Positions 55,402 through 64,000 of a stretch of DNA of 64,000 bases are shown here, piece after piece. Origin of the DNA: Bacteroidota bacterium (GTDB lineage: Bacteria; Bacteroidota; Ignavibacteria; UBA10030; SZUA-254); contig DASQAZ010000036.1 of the NCBI GenBank assembly GCA_035635475.1, forward strand, positions 13,066 through 77,065, read 5' to 3'. Within the stretch, counting starts at the first letter, position 1, and the number at the start of each line of letters is the position of its first letter. Under the pieces are notes generated by a model. The model ran no database searches. It was not told the DNA's origin and saw only the letters and a program-made list of their open reading frames with translations. The translations under genes were made by a program, and so were the position numbers.

Positions 55402-58400
55402 CGGAGGAGAAGAATCTTTCGCGTCAATTGGAAGGCGGGAGCGGATAGTTGAACAAAATACACGCCGCTTGACCGAAGAGACGCGTCCCACCTCGCGATG
55501 TAGCTGCCCGGCGATTTCACGCCGTTCACCAGGGTTGCGACTTCCCGTCCCGTTACGTCGTACACCTTGAGCGATACGCGGTTCAAATCCCGACCTGCGA
55601 CCGACGGGATCGAGAATCTGATATGAGTTTCGGGGTTGAACGGATTTGGATAATTCTGGCTCAGGGAATATTCACGCGGGAGCAATTGCGATCGAAGATC
55701 CTCGACGGCAGATAGTCCGCTTGCCAGGCCCTGGATTTGCGCCACTGAAAGCGCATGATTGTAGATGCGGATATCGTCGAGAACGCCCTGAAAATTATAG
55801 CCCTGGTCGGTTGGGAGGACTTGTCCGATGGTCAAATCGATCGCCGTTGTGAGAATTGTACCTGACCAGGATGAGAATGCATCGAGATCGCCGTTCAGAT
55901 AAATCTCATAGTCCGAGCCATTGTAGAGCACGGTGACATTGTACCACGTGCCGATCGTGAGCCCCGTTTCGGAGTCCAGATCCTTCGTGCCGACGGTCGT
56001 CTTCACCGTCCACCGCAGCCGATTATTTGAGATCGACACCTTCCAGCGGTTCTGCCAGTTTCCGTGGGATATGGGGTATTGCTCGCGGGAGAACAGGGCG
56101 CCGATTTTCATCCAGAAGTTGACGGTGACTGCCTGCTGAAAGTTCAGGCTCGTAGAGTTCGCGACCTGAACGGAGTTTGTGGTGCCGTTGAACGAGTAGG
56201 CGCGGCCGGGGCTGCCGTTCCGGTCGTTTGCCGGCACAGCGCCGTTGACTGTGCCGTTGTTGTTGAATCCGCTCGAATCGTTCGCATTGCCGTCGAACGG
56301 ATAATACGCGACCATCTCGCCGCTTTGCACGACTGAAAAGTCGCGCACTTCGATTCCTACGCTGTCGAACGCCTGGCCTCCGTGGCCGTCGTCTACGGTG
56401 CAGTACACATAGTAGTTCCCAGCAATTGACGGCGCGCTCCATGACGCTCCGGCGCCCGAGCCGGTCACGGTGCCGGCAGGGGCGGTCCAATTATACGTGA
56501 GCGTATTCGTGTCTGGATCTGAGGCAAGGCAGGTCAATTGACTCGATGTTCCGAGGTCTATTTTTCTCGGAGCGGCGACGATCCGGGAGATGACAGGAGG
56601 ATGGTTGATGAACAATGCGACGGTCAGGACGATGCGGGCGCTGTCCAGCCCTCCGCGGCCGTCCGCCGCAGTGCACGTAACCGTATCGCTGCCCACCGAG
56701 TCGGGCGCGATCCATGTGACAAAGCGACCAGCTCCGTGGATGGTCCCCCCCGACGCCCGCCAGGAGAAGCCGACTGTGTCGCCGTCGCGGTCCACGGCCG
56801 TGCAATAGATCCGAATGCTGTCACCCCGGGTCAGCGTCGTGTGGTCTGCGGCGAACGCCTTGATTCTTGGGGGATAATTCCCGGTGAAGTGGCTTGAATG
56901 GTAATCCACAATGATGCCGTCGATGAGCATCTTGTCGAAGTCATAGGTGACTGTTCCTCCCGCGGGCGCGATGACGACGAGTGCGGCGCTGTTCGGCTGC
57001 AATGGAAGAGGGCTCATGCCCGAGACCCCCGTTAGAACGAAGCTCCTTGAAACTGCGTCATAGAGATCATGCGTACCGCTCCCGGCGTCGATCGAGACGG
57101 TCTTGACAGAGTCATAAGGATTAAAAAGAAGGTAGCTGGGATAGGCGGGAGCATGGTAATAGTCGGTCTTGAGCACGTCGAGTGTGAGAATCATCGGGAC
57201 TTCCGTTGTATCGATGATCCCGCCGAGAATGCCGGCATGCGAGGAGGAATACAACGAAAGATTGGTTTGTCCCCAACCGCCGCTGATCGCATCGCCGGTT
57301 GCGAACGGACTGGTGCCGCCGTTAAACTGCCGCATCGCCTCATGGGCGATGACGGAATTTGAATCGTACTGCCGGGACCAGGCCCTGCTGTCCTGGTGGT
57401 TATCGGGCAGATAATTCGGATAGAAAAGCCGCGAGGCATTTGCGGCGTTGAGAACCCACTTTCCAACGGCCCGCGCAAAGCGCGGGTCATACCGCACGAG
57501 GGGAACAAGCGCCCCAACTTGCTCAAACGTGTTCATCGTGAATGCATAGTCGTTGACACCGTTAATTTCGCCGATCAATCCGCTGCAATCATAGCTTCCC
57601 CAGGTTCCGACGACAGCCCCCCATGACCGGAGGGGCCCGACGTTGAAACACCAATTGACCATTTTCTCAACATCGTAGGTTGTTCCAAGCTCGGCGTTCA
57701 TTCTCGCCGCGAGGTACGTGCCGTACGGGAGTTGAAGTTCGTACGAGGGGTTGGTCGGGAGGATGTCGAGGAATTCCATCGCCCACTCGGCGCCGATCCG
57801 ATATCGGGCGCTGCCGGTCTTGACGTACGCCTGATAGAGAAGCCACCCGATCGCCCCCGCCGCTTCCGGCTCACGGACGCCGGCGTCGTATGGCGTCATG
57901 GTTTGAAGGTACCAGCCGCGATGGTTCATGTTCGGAATTTGCCACGGCGTTGCGCTCCCGCCCATCGCCTGGGAAGCCAGTGCCCACCGGTCGGCAACGC
58001 TCGCGAATTGATAGTTAAAGTCTCCCGTCCCCGGATAAAGATTATTGAGTTGATAAAAAAACACATTGGGCATCGTCTCGTACCACCAATCCTCCCCGCC
58101 ATCGTCGACCGGATGGTTCTTGTAGACATTCTGACTCGGGCGCTTGTTGAACCATTCCTCAGACATTAAGACCCAGTTGTAGCCGTTCTGATTGCTTTTG
58201 TCAATACCCGTGAGCGCGGCGCCGACGACGGCCGGAATGCAATTGATCGCTTCGGCGGAGGCGGGTACGGTTGTGCCGACCACCGTGTGGAGGCCGAAGC
58301 TGTTATGCCCGGGATAATTGATTGGGCTCGTGTTGAACCAGACGAGGGGAAGGTAGGTTCCCGAGAGGTTGATGTTAAATACGAGCGAATCATACCCGCG

Positions 58401-58631
58401 GGCGACCCCCTTCCAATCACGCATGAGATAGGGGGCGGGCCTGTTCGGCATCAGCTCTACTCTCGGAATTGTGATTTGCTGAGCTATCAAGCTTCCCGAA
58501 CAGAACATGGCGAGAAGGGAGGCGGCCGTCAATCGAAGTGTTCGGCGAACTGCTCGGCGAGGTGTGCGGCAGAGAGGAGCGTGATCCCAGGCGCGGTCAT
58601 TCATGGTCGTGCACTTTCTGAAATTCAACAC
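55398..58631 (-). CDS. Large T9SS-secreted protein: unknown ~560-aa N-terminal domain + two PKD/Ig-like domains + LamG/concanavalin-like domain + Por C-terminal sorting domain
   Basis: Signal segment LRLTAASLLAMFCSGSLIAQ. Ig-like repeats YCTAVDRDGDTVGFSWRASGG and LTCLASDPDTNTLTYNWTAPAG. LamG-like block YYPFDGNANDSSGFNNNGTVNG...AYSFNG. The C-terminus has the NYPNPFNP motif. An alternative start is ATG 58604. Confidence 0.8.
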   Translation of the reverse strand: MLNFRKCTTMNDRAWDHAPLCRTPRRAVRRTLRLTAASLLAMFCSGSLIAQQITIPRVELMPNRPAPYLMRDWKGVARGYDSLVFNINLSGTYLPLVWFNTSPINYPGHNSFGLHTVVGTTVPASAEAINCIPAVVGAALTGIDKSNQNGYNWVLMSEEWFNKRPSQNVYKNHPVDDGGEDWWYETMPNVFFYQLNNLYPGTGDFNYQFASVADRWALASQAMGGSATPWQIPNMNHRGWYLQTMTPYDAGVREPEAAGAIGWLLYQAYVKTGSARYRIGAEWAMEFLDILPTNPSYELQLPYGTYLAARMNAELGTTYDVEKMVNWCFNVGPLRSWGAVVGTWGSYDCSGLIGEINGVNDYAFTMNTFEQVGALVPLVRYDPRFARAVGKWVLNAANASRLFYPNYLPDNHQDSRAWSRQYDSNSVIAHEAMRQFNGGTSPFATGDAISGGWGQTNLSLYSSSHAGILGGIIDTTEVPMILTLDVLKTDYYHAPAYPSYLLFNPYDSVKTVSIDAGSGTHDLYDAVSRSFVLTGVSGMSPLPLQPNSAALVVIAPAGGTVTYDFDKMLIDGIIVDYHSSHFTGNYPPRIKAFAADHTTLTRGDSIRIYCTAVDRDGDTVGFSWRASGGTIHGAGRFVTWIAPDSVGSDTVTCTAADGRGGLDSARIVLTVALFINHPPVISRIVAAPRKIDLGTSSQLTCLASDPDTNTLTYNWTAPAGTVTGSGAGASWSAPSIAGNYYVYCTVDDGHGGQAFDSVGIEVRDFSVVQSGEMVAYYPFDGNANDSSGFNNNGTVNGAVPANDRNGSPGRAYSFNGTTNSVQVANSTSLNFQQAVTVNFWMKIGALFSREQYPISHGNWQNRWKVSISNNRLRWTVKTTVGTKDLDSETGLTIGTWYNVTVLYNGSDYEIYLNGDLDAFSSWSGTILTTAIDLTIGQVLPTDQGYNFQGVLDDIRIYNHALSVAQIQGLASGLSAVEDLRSQLLPREYSLSQNYPNPFNPETHIRFSIPSVAGRDLNRVSLKVYDVTGREVATLVNGVKSPGSYIARWDASLRSSGVYFVQLSAPAFQLTRKILLLR
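55401..55664 (-). other. T9SS (Por) C-terminal sorting domain of the preceding protein
   Basis: LSQNYPNPFNPETHIRFSIP...LKVYDVTGREVATLVNG...GSYIARWDAS...SGVYFVQL...TRKILLLR is the classic TIGR04183-type tail. Confidence 0.8.
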
Positions 58632-60006
58632 TCTCCGCTTGTTCGAGAAGCAGAAGTTTCGATTTATTCACGTCGATAGCCAGCGTCAGATCGTCCCCGC
58701 GGGAATTACGGAAGGAGGCGTAAAGAAACCTCCTGGTCCGGGTCATGCCGGTCTTGCGGAAACCGAGATACTGTTTCGCGAGGGGATAGCGTTCAACCTC
58801 GACAAGCGTCTGGAGGGCTTCAATGGTGGATTCCGCCCCGGAGTTTCGGTTGACGGTCGCGCTGTCCCGGATGACGTCGAAACAGCGCCCGGTCGAGGAG
58901 TCGTACATCGGCTGATGCAGCACATTGTTCCCAAAGAGCCAGGAGGCTGCCAATCCCGCCATCTTGAGATAACGGGGATCGTCGGTTGCTTCATAAAGAC
59001 GGATTAATCCTATCGCCATCGGGCGCACGCCGTAGGCGATCTGCTCGTATTCAATCTTCTTCGAGGAGTCGGCGACATCCATCTCCTTCATGAATCCTTC
59101 GATGAGCAACCTGCTGTAAAAGCAATCGGCCTCGCGTTTGGCGGATTGGATCATTTTCTTATTGGACAACGATTTTCCCGCCTGCGCGAGCGCTTGCGTC
59201 TGGCCGTTCCCCCACATATGCCATAGAGTCTGCCAGGACCGGTGCAACGCGTACGGAAACGTTCGCATGTCACCCTCCTGCATCGAGGTAAGGCCGGCGG
59301 AGAGTTTTTCGATGTACGACTTGACCCGCTGGTCCCGCGAGGATCCGTAGAATTCGATCAGGCCAAGCAATAATTCGGATGTCGCATCAGCGCCCGAGCC
59401 ATAGAAGAGCCATGTCGGCAGGCGAAGTTTCCGCATCATCTCATGCTTACCGTAGGTTTTCAGCATGGAGTCGACGTTCGGAAGGGCTCGCCCGATCCCT
59501 TCCCGGAGGACGGCGGCGAACGCAGAGTCTCGGGTGTGCAGAACCCTGCATCCGATGCCCATCGACCAAGTCGCGCGGGCGGCCCACCAGCCGAATGACT
59601 TGAAGCTGGTTTTTCCGTTCGTATTGATCGAATGATCCTTCAGGATAAAATTATAGAATTTTCCATCGGGTGTCTCCATCTTGACGACAAATTTCAGGAG
59701 GGAGATCGCGCGGGCGCGGCTCTCCTCGCTGCCGGTCAGCTCGTAATGCCGCAAGTAAAGAACGGCTGCCCGGCCCGCATCATCGACACAGGCTATCCCC
59801 TCGGGGCCGGATTCCGCCGCCGCGATCCATCGGTAATCCGGGTAGTTCGAATAGACGTGAAGGATATCGATGCTATCGCCGAGGAGCTCGATTTTTTCCG
59901 TGAGATGCCCAAGATGACTGAAGTTGACGAGCGACGAGTGTTCCTGTGCTCCGAGATGCATGATAGAAGCCAGCATAATCAATGCGATCGTCGAAGGGCG
60001 GATCAT
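58597..60006 (-). CDS. Secreted hypothetical protein, probably helical-repeat/(alpha/alpha)-toroid-like; family unknown
   Basis: ATG 60006 overlaps the kinase stop (ATGA) and gives the signal peptide MIRPSTIALIMLASIMHLGAQ. The 90-codon upstream extension in the track is R-rich. No motif recognised. Confidence 0.55.
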   Translation of the reverse strand: MIRPSTIALIMLASIMHLGAQEHSSLVNFSHLGHLTEKIELLGDSIDILHVYSNYPDYRWIAAAESGPEGIACVDDAGRAAVLYLRHYELTGSEESRARAISLLKFVVKMETPDGKFYNFILKDHSINTNGKTSFKSFGWWAARATWSMGIGCRVLHTRDSAFAAVLREGIGRALPNVDSMLKTYGKHEMMRKLRLPTWLFYGSGADATSELLLGLIEFYGSSRDQRVKSYIEKLSAGLTSMQEGDMRTFPYALHRSWQTLWHMWGNGQTQALAQAGKSLSNKKMIQSAKREADCFYSRLLIEGFMKEMDVADSSKKIEYEQIAYGVRPMAIGLIRLYEATDDPRYLKMAGLAASWLFGNNVLHQPMYDSSTGRCFDVIRDSATVNRNSGAESTIEALQTLVEVERYPLAKQYLGFRKTGMTRTRRFLYASFRNSRGDDLTLAIDVNKSKLLLLEQAESVEFQKVHDHE

Positions 60007-60986
60007 GCGCGAGTCTTCCTGGACGCCAGGAAGCGTTCGACTTGCCTCCTGCTCGGTAATGCGGAGATCACGCCCGGTCTCATCGCAGTGAGAGCGCCTG
60101 CCGCGTTCGCAAATCGGCAGATCGATTCGAGCGTTGATGCAGAGAAATTCCGGATTTGGTTTCGGCCCGCGAGGCTGCCGAACAAAAGCGCGGCGAGAAA
60201 ACCGTCGCCGCAGCCGGTCGTATCGACCACTGCAACCTTGAAACCCCGCACGAAAACAGAGTGCAGCTTCGTGCATGCATAACAGCCTCTTGCACCCAGC
60301 GTGATGGCCACGAGGTTCGGACCTTCCGCCAGCAGTTTAGCGCCCGCGCGCCGGTAACGGCGGCTCCCCGTCAGAAAGTATGCTTCCTCACTATTCAGCC
60401 GTAGGACGGAAGTGTGTCGTACCATTCTTAATAGATTCCGTCTGGCCTCGCGTGCCGATCGCCAGAGGGAAAGGCGGAGGTTTGGGTCGAATGAAACAAT
60501 GCTTCCGAGCCGGGAAGCTTTTTCTGCGATGTGAAAGGCCGTCGAGCGCGCCGGATCTTTCAACAAAAGGAACGAACCGATATGGATGATGGAGGATCGC
60601 GAGAGGCGCGCGAAGTCGACATCCGATCTTTGAAGCTGTTCATCGGCAGGGCTCGACCCCCAGAATACGAAATCCCTCCCTCCCGAGCGTGTCCGGGAGA
60701 CGAATGCCAGTCGAGTCCGGTGCGAATCGTCGATGCGAACGCGCGCCGTGTTGACCCCGTTCTTCCGGAGCTCCGAAGCGAGAAAATGCCCGAATGGATC
60801 GCGGCCGACCCTTCCGATGAAGGCAGTCCGGACTCCCAGCTTCGCCAGCCCGACGGCGACATTGGCGGCCGCCCCTCCCGCATGTTTGGTAAAGCCCGGC
60901 GCTTTCGACAACGTGGTCCCCGCCCGGGTCGATACGAAGTCGACAAGGATCTCACCCACACTCGTGATCGATGGAGGTGACGTCAT
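60003..60986 (-). CDS. PfkB-family sugar kinase (fructokinase/ketohexokinase-like)
   Basis: GGAAANVAVGLAKLG and VVDTTGCGDGFLAALL (PfkB signatures) are present. Confidence 0.9.
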   Translation of the reverse strand: MTSPPSITSVGEILVDFVSTRAGTTLSKAPGFTKHAGGAAANVAVGLAKLGVRTAFIGRVGRDPFGHFLASELRKNGVNTARVRIDDSHRTRLAFVSRTRSGGRDFVFWGSSPADEQLQRSDVDFARLSRSSIIHIGSFLLLKDPARSTAFHIAEKASRLGSIVSFDPNLRLSLWRSAREARRNLLRMVRHTSVLRLNSEEAYFLTGSRRYRRAGAKLLAEGPNLVAITLGARGCYACTKLHSVFVRGFKVAVVDTTGCGDGFLAALLFGSLAGRNQIRNFSASTLESICRFANAAGALTAMRPGVISALPSRRQVERFLASRKTRA

Positions 60987-61999
60987 GAGTTCGGCAGGAT
61001 GATGCTTTTGATCGTTATTCCCTCTCTCTGATAGCGAAGCGCTTCGTGGACTCCGTCAAGCGGAAACTTGTCGGTCTGGAACAAGTCGACGCGGACCTTT
61101 TTTGCAACGAGCAGAGCGATCGAACGGTCAAAGGTATTCGGGTTGACGTAGGAGCCTACGATCGTAAGTTCTTTATAGTAGACCTGATTCGGCTCCAGAG
61201 GGATTTTCTCGCCGATGGGGGCCACCCCGAAGAACTCCACTGTCCCGCCCCGCCGGGCCAGCTCGATTGCAAGCTGCATCGTCTGAGGTTTGCCGACGCA
61301 CTCGATCACAACGTCGCCGCCCTGGATCGCGGCATCGCGGAGGAGTGTGGACGGATTGTCTTGCAATGGATTCAGAACGACATCGGCCCCGAGTTCGGTC
61401 GCGATGCGCCTCTTATGCTCCAGCGGCTCCAGGACGATCACGCTCGCCGCTCCGGCGTTCCTGGCGAGCTGAAGCATGATCAACCCGATCGTTCCCCCGC
61501 CGATGATGATCACCGTATCGCCGGCTTTCACGCCCGCCCTGTCGATTCCATGAACGGCGCAGGAGACCGGCTCGATGAATGCGCTCGTCTCTTTCGCCAT
61601 TGCGGGCGGAATGAAATAAATCTGACGTTCCGGTACGATCGAGTACTCGGCCATGCCCCCGTCGATGTCGACGCCGAGCGCCTTCAGGTTCGAGCAGAGA
61701 TGCACAAGGCCCCGCCGGCAGAAATAGCATGTTCCGCAGGCGATATTGGGATCGACGGCAACTCGCCGGCCATGGAGCTGACCGCCCCCCGTTTTGCCGC
61801 TGTCTTCGACGACGCCGGAATATTCGTGCCCGAGAACGACCGGCGGAGTCGACCGGGATGTTCCTTCGACGATATGCACATCCGTGCCGCACACACCGCA
61901 AACGTCCACCTTTACCAATAACTCCCCCGGCTCCAGCTTGCGGATCGGCTTCAATGTGACCGTAAGTGAATTGGGTCCGTTAAGAAGGGCCGCTTTCAT
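60983..61999 (-). CDS. Zinc-dependent medium-chain dehydrogenase (sorbitol/threonine dehydrogenase-like)
   Basis: CGVCGTDVH, LGHEYSGVV, CGTCYFCRRG (structural Zn Cys cluster) and IIGGGTIGL are present. Confidence 0.9.
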   Translation of the reverse strand: MKAALLNGPNSLTVTLKPIRKLEPGELLVKVDVCGVCGTDVHIVEGTSRSTPPVVLGHEYSGVVEDSGKTGGGQLHGRRVAVDPNIACGTCYFCRRGLVHLCSNLKALGVDIDGGMAEYSIVPERQIYFIPPAMAKETSAFIEPVSCAVHGIDRAGVKAGDTVIIIGGGTIGLIMLQLARNAGAASVIVLEPLEHKRRIATELGADVVLNPLQDNPSTLLRDAAIQGGDVVIECVGKPQTMQLAIELARRGGTVEFFGVAPIGEKIPLEPNQVYYKELTIVGSYVNPNTFDRSIALLVAKKVRVDLFQTDKFPLDGVHEALRYQREGITIKSIILPNS

Positions 62000-63861
62000 T
62001 TGGGATTGAACTCAAGTGCGACAGACTGGGGTTTGTCGGATCCGGCCAGCCGAAGCTCATAGCGGATGAGCCCGTCAGGTTCAAAGGACTTCTTGAAGGA
62101 AGTCCTCGCTTTCCCGTCCACCAGGAATTTATTCAGAAACAACGGTGTGATAACCGAAGCGGCGATGCGGTGGCCCCTGAACGAAGAAATACTCATGGCA
62201 AGTGTTCTCGACTGCGGGGTGTACTCGACGTGATTGAGGATCGCATTGACGCTTTCAAGATACGGAGCTCCGCCCGGTCCGTACACAGCACGGAAGCGGC
62301 CAGTGGAGGCGACATCCAGCGGAAAAACGAGCGAAGGGATGCTCCGGCCGCCTGCCGATAACGACTTCAGCCGATCCGCCTTACCCGTGAGCGACCATTC
62401 GTGTTTCCCGCCGAACGCGTACGTACAGTTGACCGAATCAAGCGTCAGCGGCAAGCGCCCCGAAAGAGAAAGGTTCCATTCATTGTCGCGGAATCCGCAT
62501 AATTCATAGAGAACATTCAGATAAAACCCGGCTGCCCAGAGAAACGACGGTTTATCGATCGTCCCGAACCTGGGTGAGTCACTTCCGGAATAGCGGTACT
62601 CATACATGGCCGGGAGTCCCCGGGGGCTCCGGGCTATTCCGTCGAGCGTCATGGCATGCCTGACGAAGCTTATTGCGCTGTCGGTTTCGCCGATTGAATT
62701 CAACGCCAGCGCGTACCACGCGTTCGCGTGCGGCCAGATTCCCCCGTTTGCATACACGTACGGGTCGCCCGCCTCATTCCCGGCAAACCGGAAGAACGTG
62801 CGCATCGAATCGGTGTGAAAATCAGGCGGCGCGACGATCATGATTCCCACCGGGAAGCGAAGGAGCCGGTTTGAAGCGGTCGCAACCAGCCGCGTTGACT
62901 TCTGGGGGGAGAGCAGGCCGAAGACCGGTCCCAACAGGGAACCCATGTAAATATGCGAATCCTTCCGGCCCTCATTATAATTGATGAGATAATTCAGGGA
63001 ATCGTCCCAGAGCCGCACGGCCAGCGATTTCTCCATTTCATCCGCGAGCAGTTCGTATTCAAGGAGTCCCTCGGAGCGGTGGCCCAACACCGTACTTATG
63101 TAAACGTAATCGCGCAGCGCGCGGATCGACAGGATGGTAAGATATGACCGTGGGCCCTCCCGGTGGCCGATGTCCCACCAATCCGGCCGGTAGCCGTGCA
63201 TCAGGTTGTCGGATCGCCGCTGCGAAAGGACCTCGGTCAAACTGCGCGAGAGGAGCGGATAGAGTACCTCCCCCAGGGAATCATCCCCCGAATGGCGGAG
63301 ATATCTTGCGGCGGCGAGAATAAACCAGAGGTGATTCCAGTTGTCGGGCGTGCAATATTCCGTTTTGAAACCGTCGTCCCGCCAGTAATACGCATGTGGA
63401 ATGATACTATTATTGGCGTGGTTCGCGACGTAGAGGAGGTTCTCGCGAACGCGGTCGAGATCGAAGTTGACGGCGCCGAGATCAGTGAGCAGCAGGTCGT
63501 GCGTGAAGTAAAAATTGTATTCGGCCGGACAGGGCATCGGCACGATTGCGCCATCAAGATAGTGTTGATTGGAGGCGAGAATTCCGCGCGCCCAGATTGC
63601 CGATCTGTCAAGCCATTCGTCACTCGTTCTGAACGATGCTTCTTCCTGCGCTTTCCGCCTTACAAAGGTGTCGTACCCCCTCACCTCTCCTCTCCAGCCG
63701 CGTTCGAGGCCCGGAACACGTGCCGCGAATTCCTCGCGTTTGCAGGTTCCGATGATCTGTATGATAATCAGTGAATCCTGCGGGGCGATATTCCTTCGAT
63801 AGATGAATGCGGCGGCAGGGACGGTCCGGCGTGACGAGTTTTGTTGCTGCCTCGCAATCAT
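61996..63861 (-). CDS. (alpha/alpha)6-barrel glycoside-hydrolase-like protein (GDE_C / GH15-GH63-like)
   Basis: YANGGIWPHANAWYALAL and multiple W/Y-rich helix pairs are present. The same frame stays open from 63861 to the window end, so the true start may lie beyond 64000. Confidence 0.6.
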   Translation of the reverse strand: MIARQQQNSSRRTVPAAAFIYRRNIAPQDSLIIIQIIGTCKREEFAARVPGLERGWRGEVRGYDTFVRRKAQEEASFRTSDEWLDRSAIWARGILASNQHYLDGAIVPMPCPAEYNFYFTHDLLLTDLGAVNFDLDRVRENLLYVANHANNSIIPHAYYWRDDGFKTEYCTPDNWNHLWFILAAARYLRHSGDDSLGEVLYPLLSRSLTEVLSQRRSDNLMHGYRPDWWDIGHREGPRSYLTILSIRALRDYVYISTVLGHRSEGLLEYELLADEMEKSLAVRLWDDSLNYLINYNEGRKDSHIYMGSLLGPVFGLLSPQKSTRLVATASNRLLRFPVGIMIVAPPDFHTDSMRTFFRFAGNEAGDPYVYANGGIWPHANAWYALALNSIGETDSAISFVRHAMTLDGIARSPRGLPAMYEYRYSGSDSPRFGTIDKPSFLWAAGFYLNVLYELCGFRDNEWNLSLSGRLPLTLDSVNCTYAFGGKHEWSLTGKADRLKSLSAGGRSIPSLVFPLDVASTGRFRAVYGPGGAPYLESVNAILNHVEYTPQSRTLAMSISSFRGHRIAASVITPLFLNKFLVDGKARTSFKKSFEPDGLIRYELRLAGSDKPQSVALEFNPK

Positions 63862-64000
63862 GGAGGACGAAAGCCAGTTAGAGGTTCCGGTATCGCTGAT
63901 TGCCAGATCCCGGGCGCTTGCGCTGCCGTCTTCGGGGCGCTCGCCGGCATTTTCAACGAAAACTTCCGCACGGCCTGCATCCGCGTCGTCGAAAGCTGCC

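Noticed and set aside
1-64000. Exosortase/PEP-CTERM components, SusC/SusD pairs, tRNA/rRNA genes, cas genes
   Set aside because: I looked for them because of the gene context, but no ORF or sequence in the window shows their signatures.

Overview
About 64 kb of moderately high-GC bacterial DNA. It probably comes from the FCB group, because one protein ends in a T9SS Por-type C-terminal sorting domain and many products carry Sec or Tat signals. I saw no rRNA, tRNA, CRISPR array, transposase or integrase. All family calls rest on motifs read by eye; no database search was possible. Block 1 (1-24.8 kb) is an exopolysaccharide locus. A minus-strand export operon (Wza-like lipoprotein, outer-membrane barrel, WecA-type initiating transferase fusion, FN3-like repeat protein) diverges from a plus-strand operon. 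The plus-strand operon encodes PCP, a BY-kinase-like ATPase, Wzy, GT26, Wzx and GT4, followed by an unusual 11-kb tail. That tail holds a CE4 deacetylase, two CelD/FemAB-like GNATs, a 996-aa PRTase/kinase-like/HAD fusion, two tandem ATP-grasp paralogs, a CelD-N-terminus/proline-dehydrogenase-half chimera and a processive GT2. This tail is my best candidate for an undescribed polymer-decoration pathway. Block 2 (24.8-32.8 kb) holds a GH47 alpha-mannosidase, a secreted DUF1059-like protein, a NagB/LmbE fusion, MgtA and a DapA-family lyase. Block 3 (32.9-35.9 kb) is an AT-richer three-gene island with a type II R-M pair and a secreted HExxH peptidase. Block 4 (35.9-64 kb) holds mannoside/N-glycan-type catabolic genes (Tat-exported clan GH-A enzyme, GH38, secreted creatininase-fold protein, GH3, GH130, GH2 beta-mannosidase, a large T9SS cargo protein, PfkB kinase, Zn-ADH, (alpha/alpha)6 proteins). 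These are interleaved with an rpiA-zwf-pgl-gnd pentose-phosphate operon and an orphan two-gene cassette. Many gene junctions are ATGA/TAATG overlaps, which I used to refine starts.
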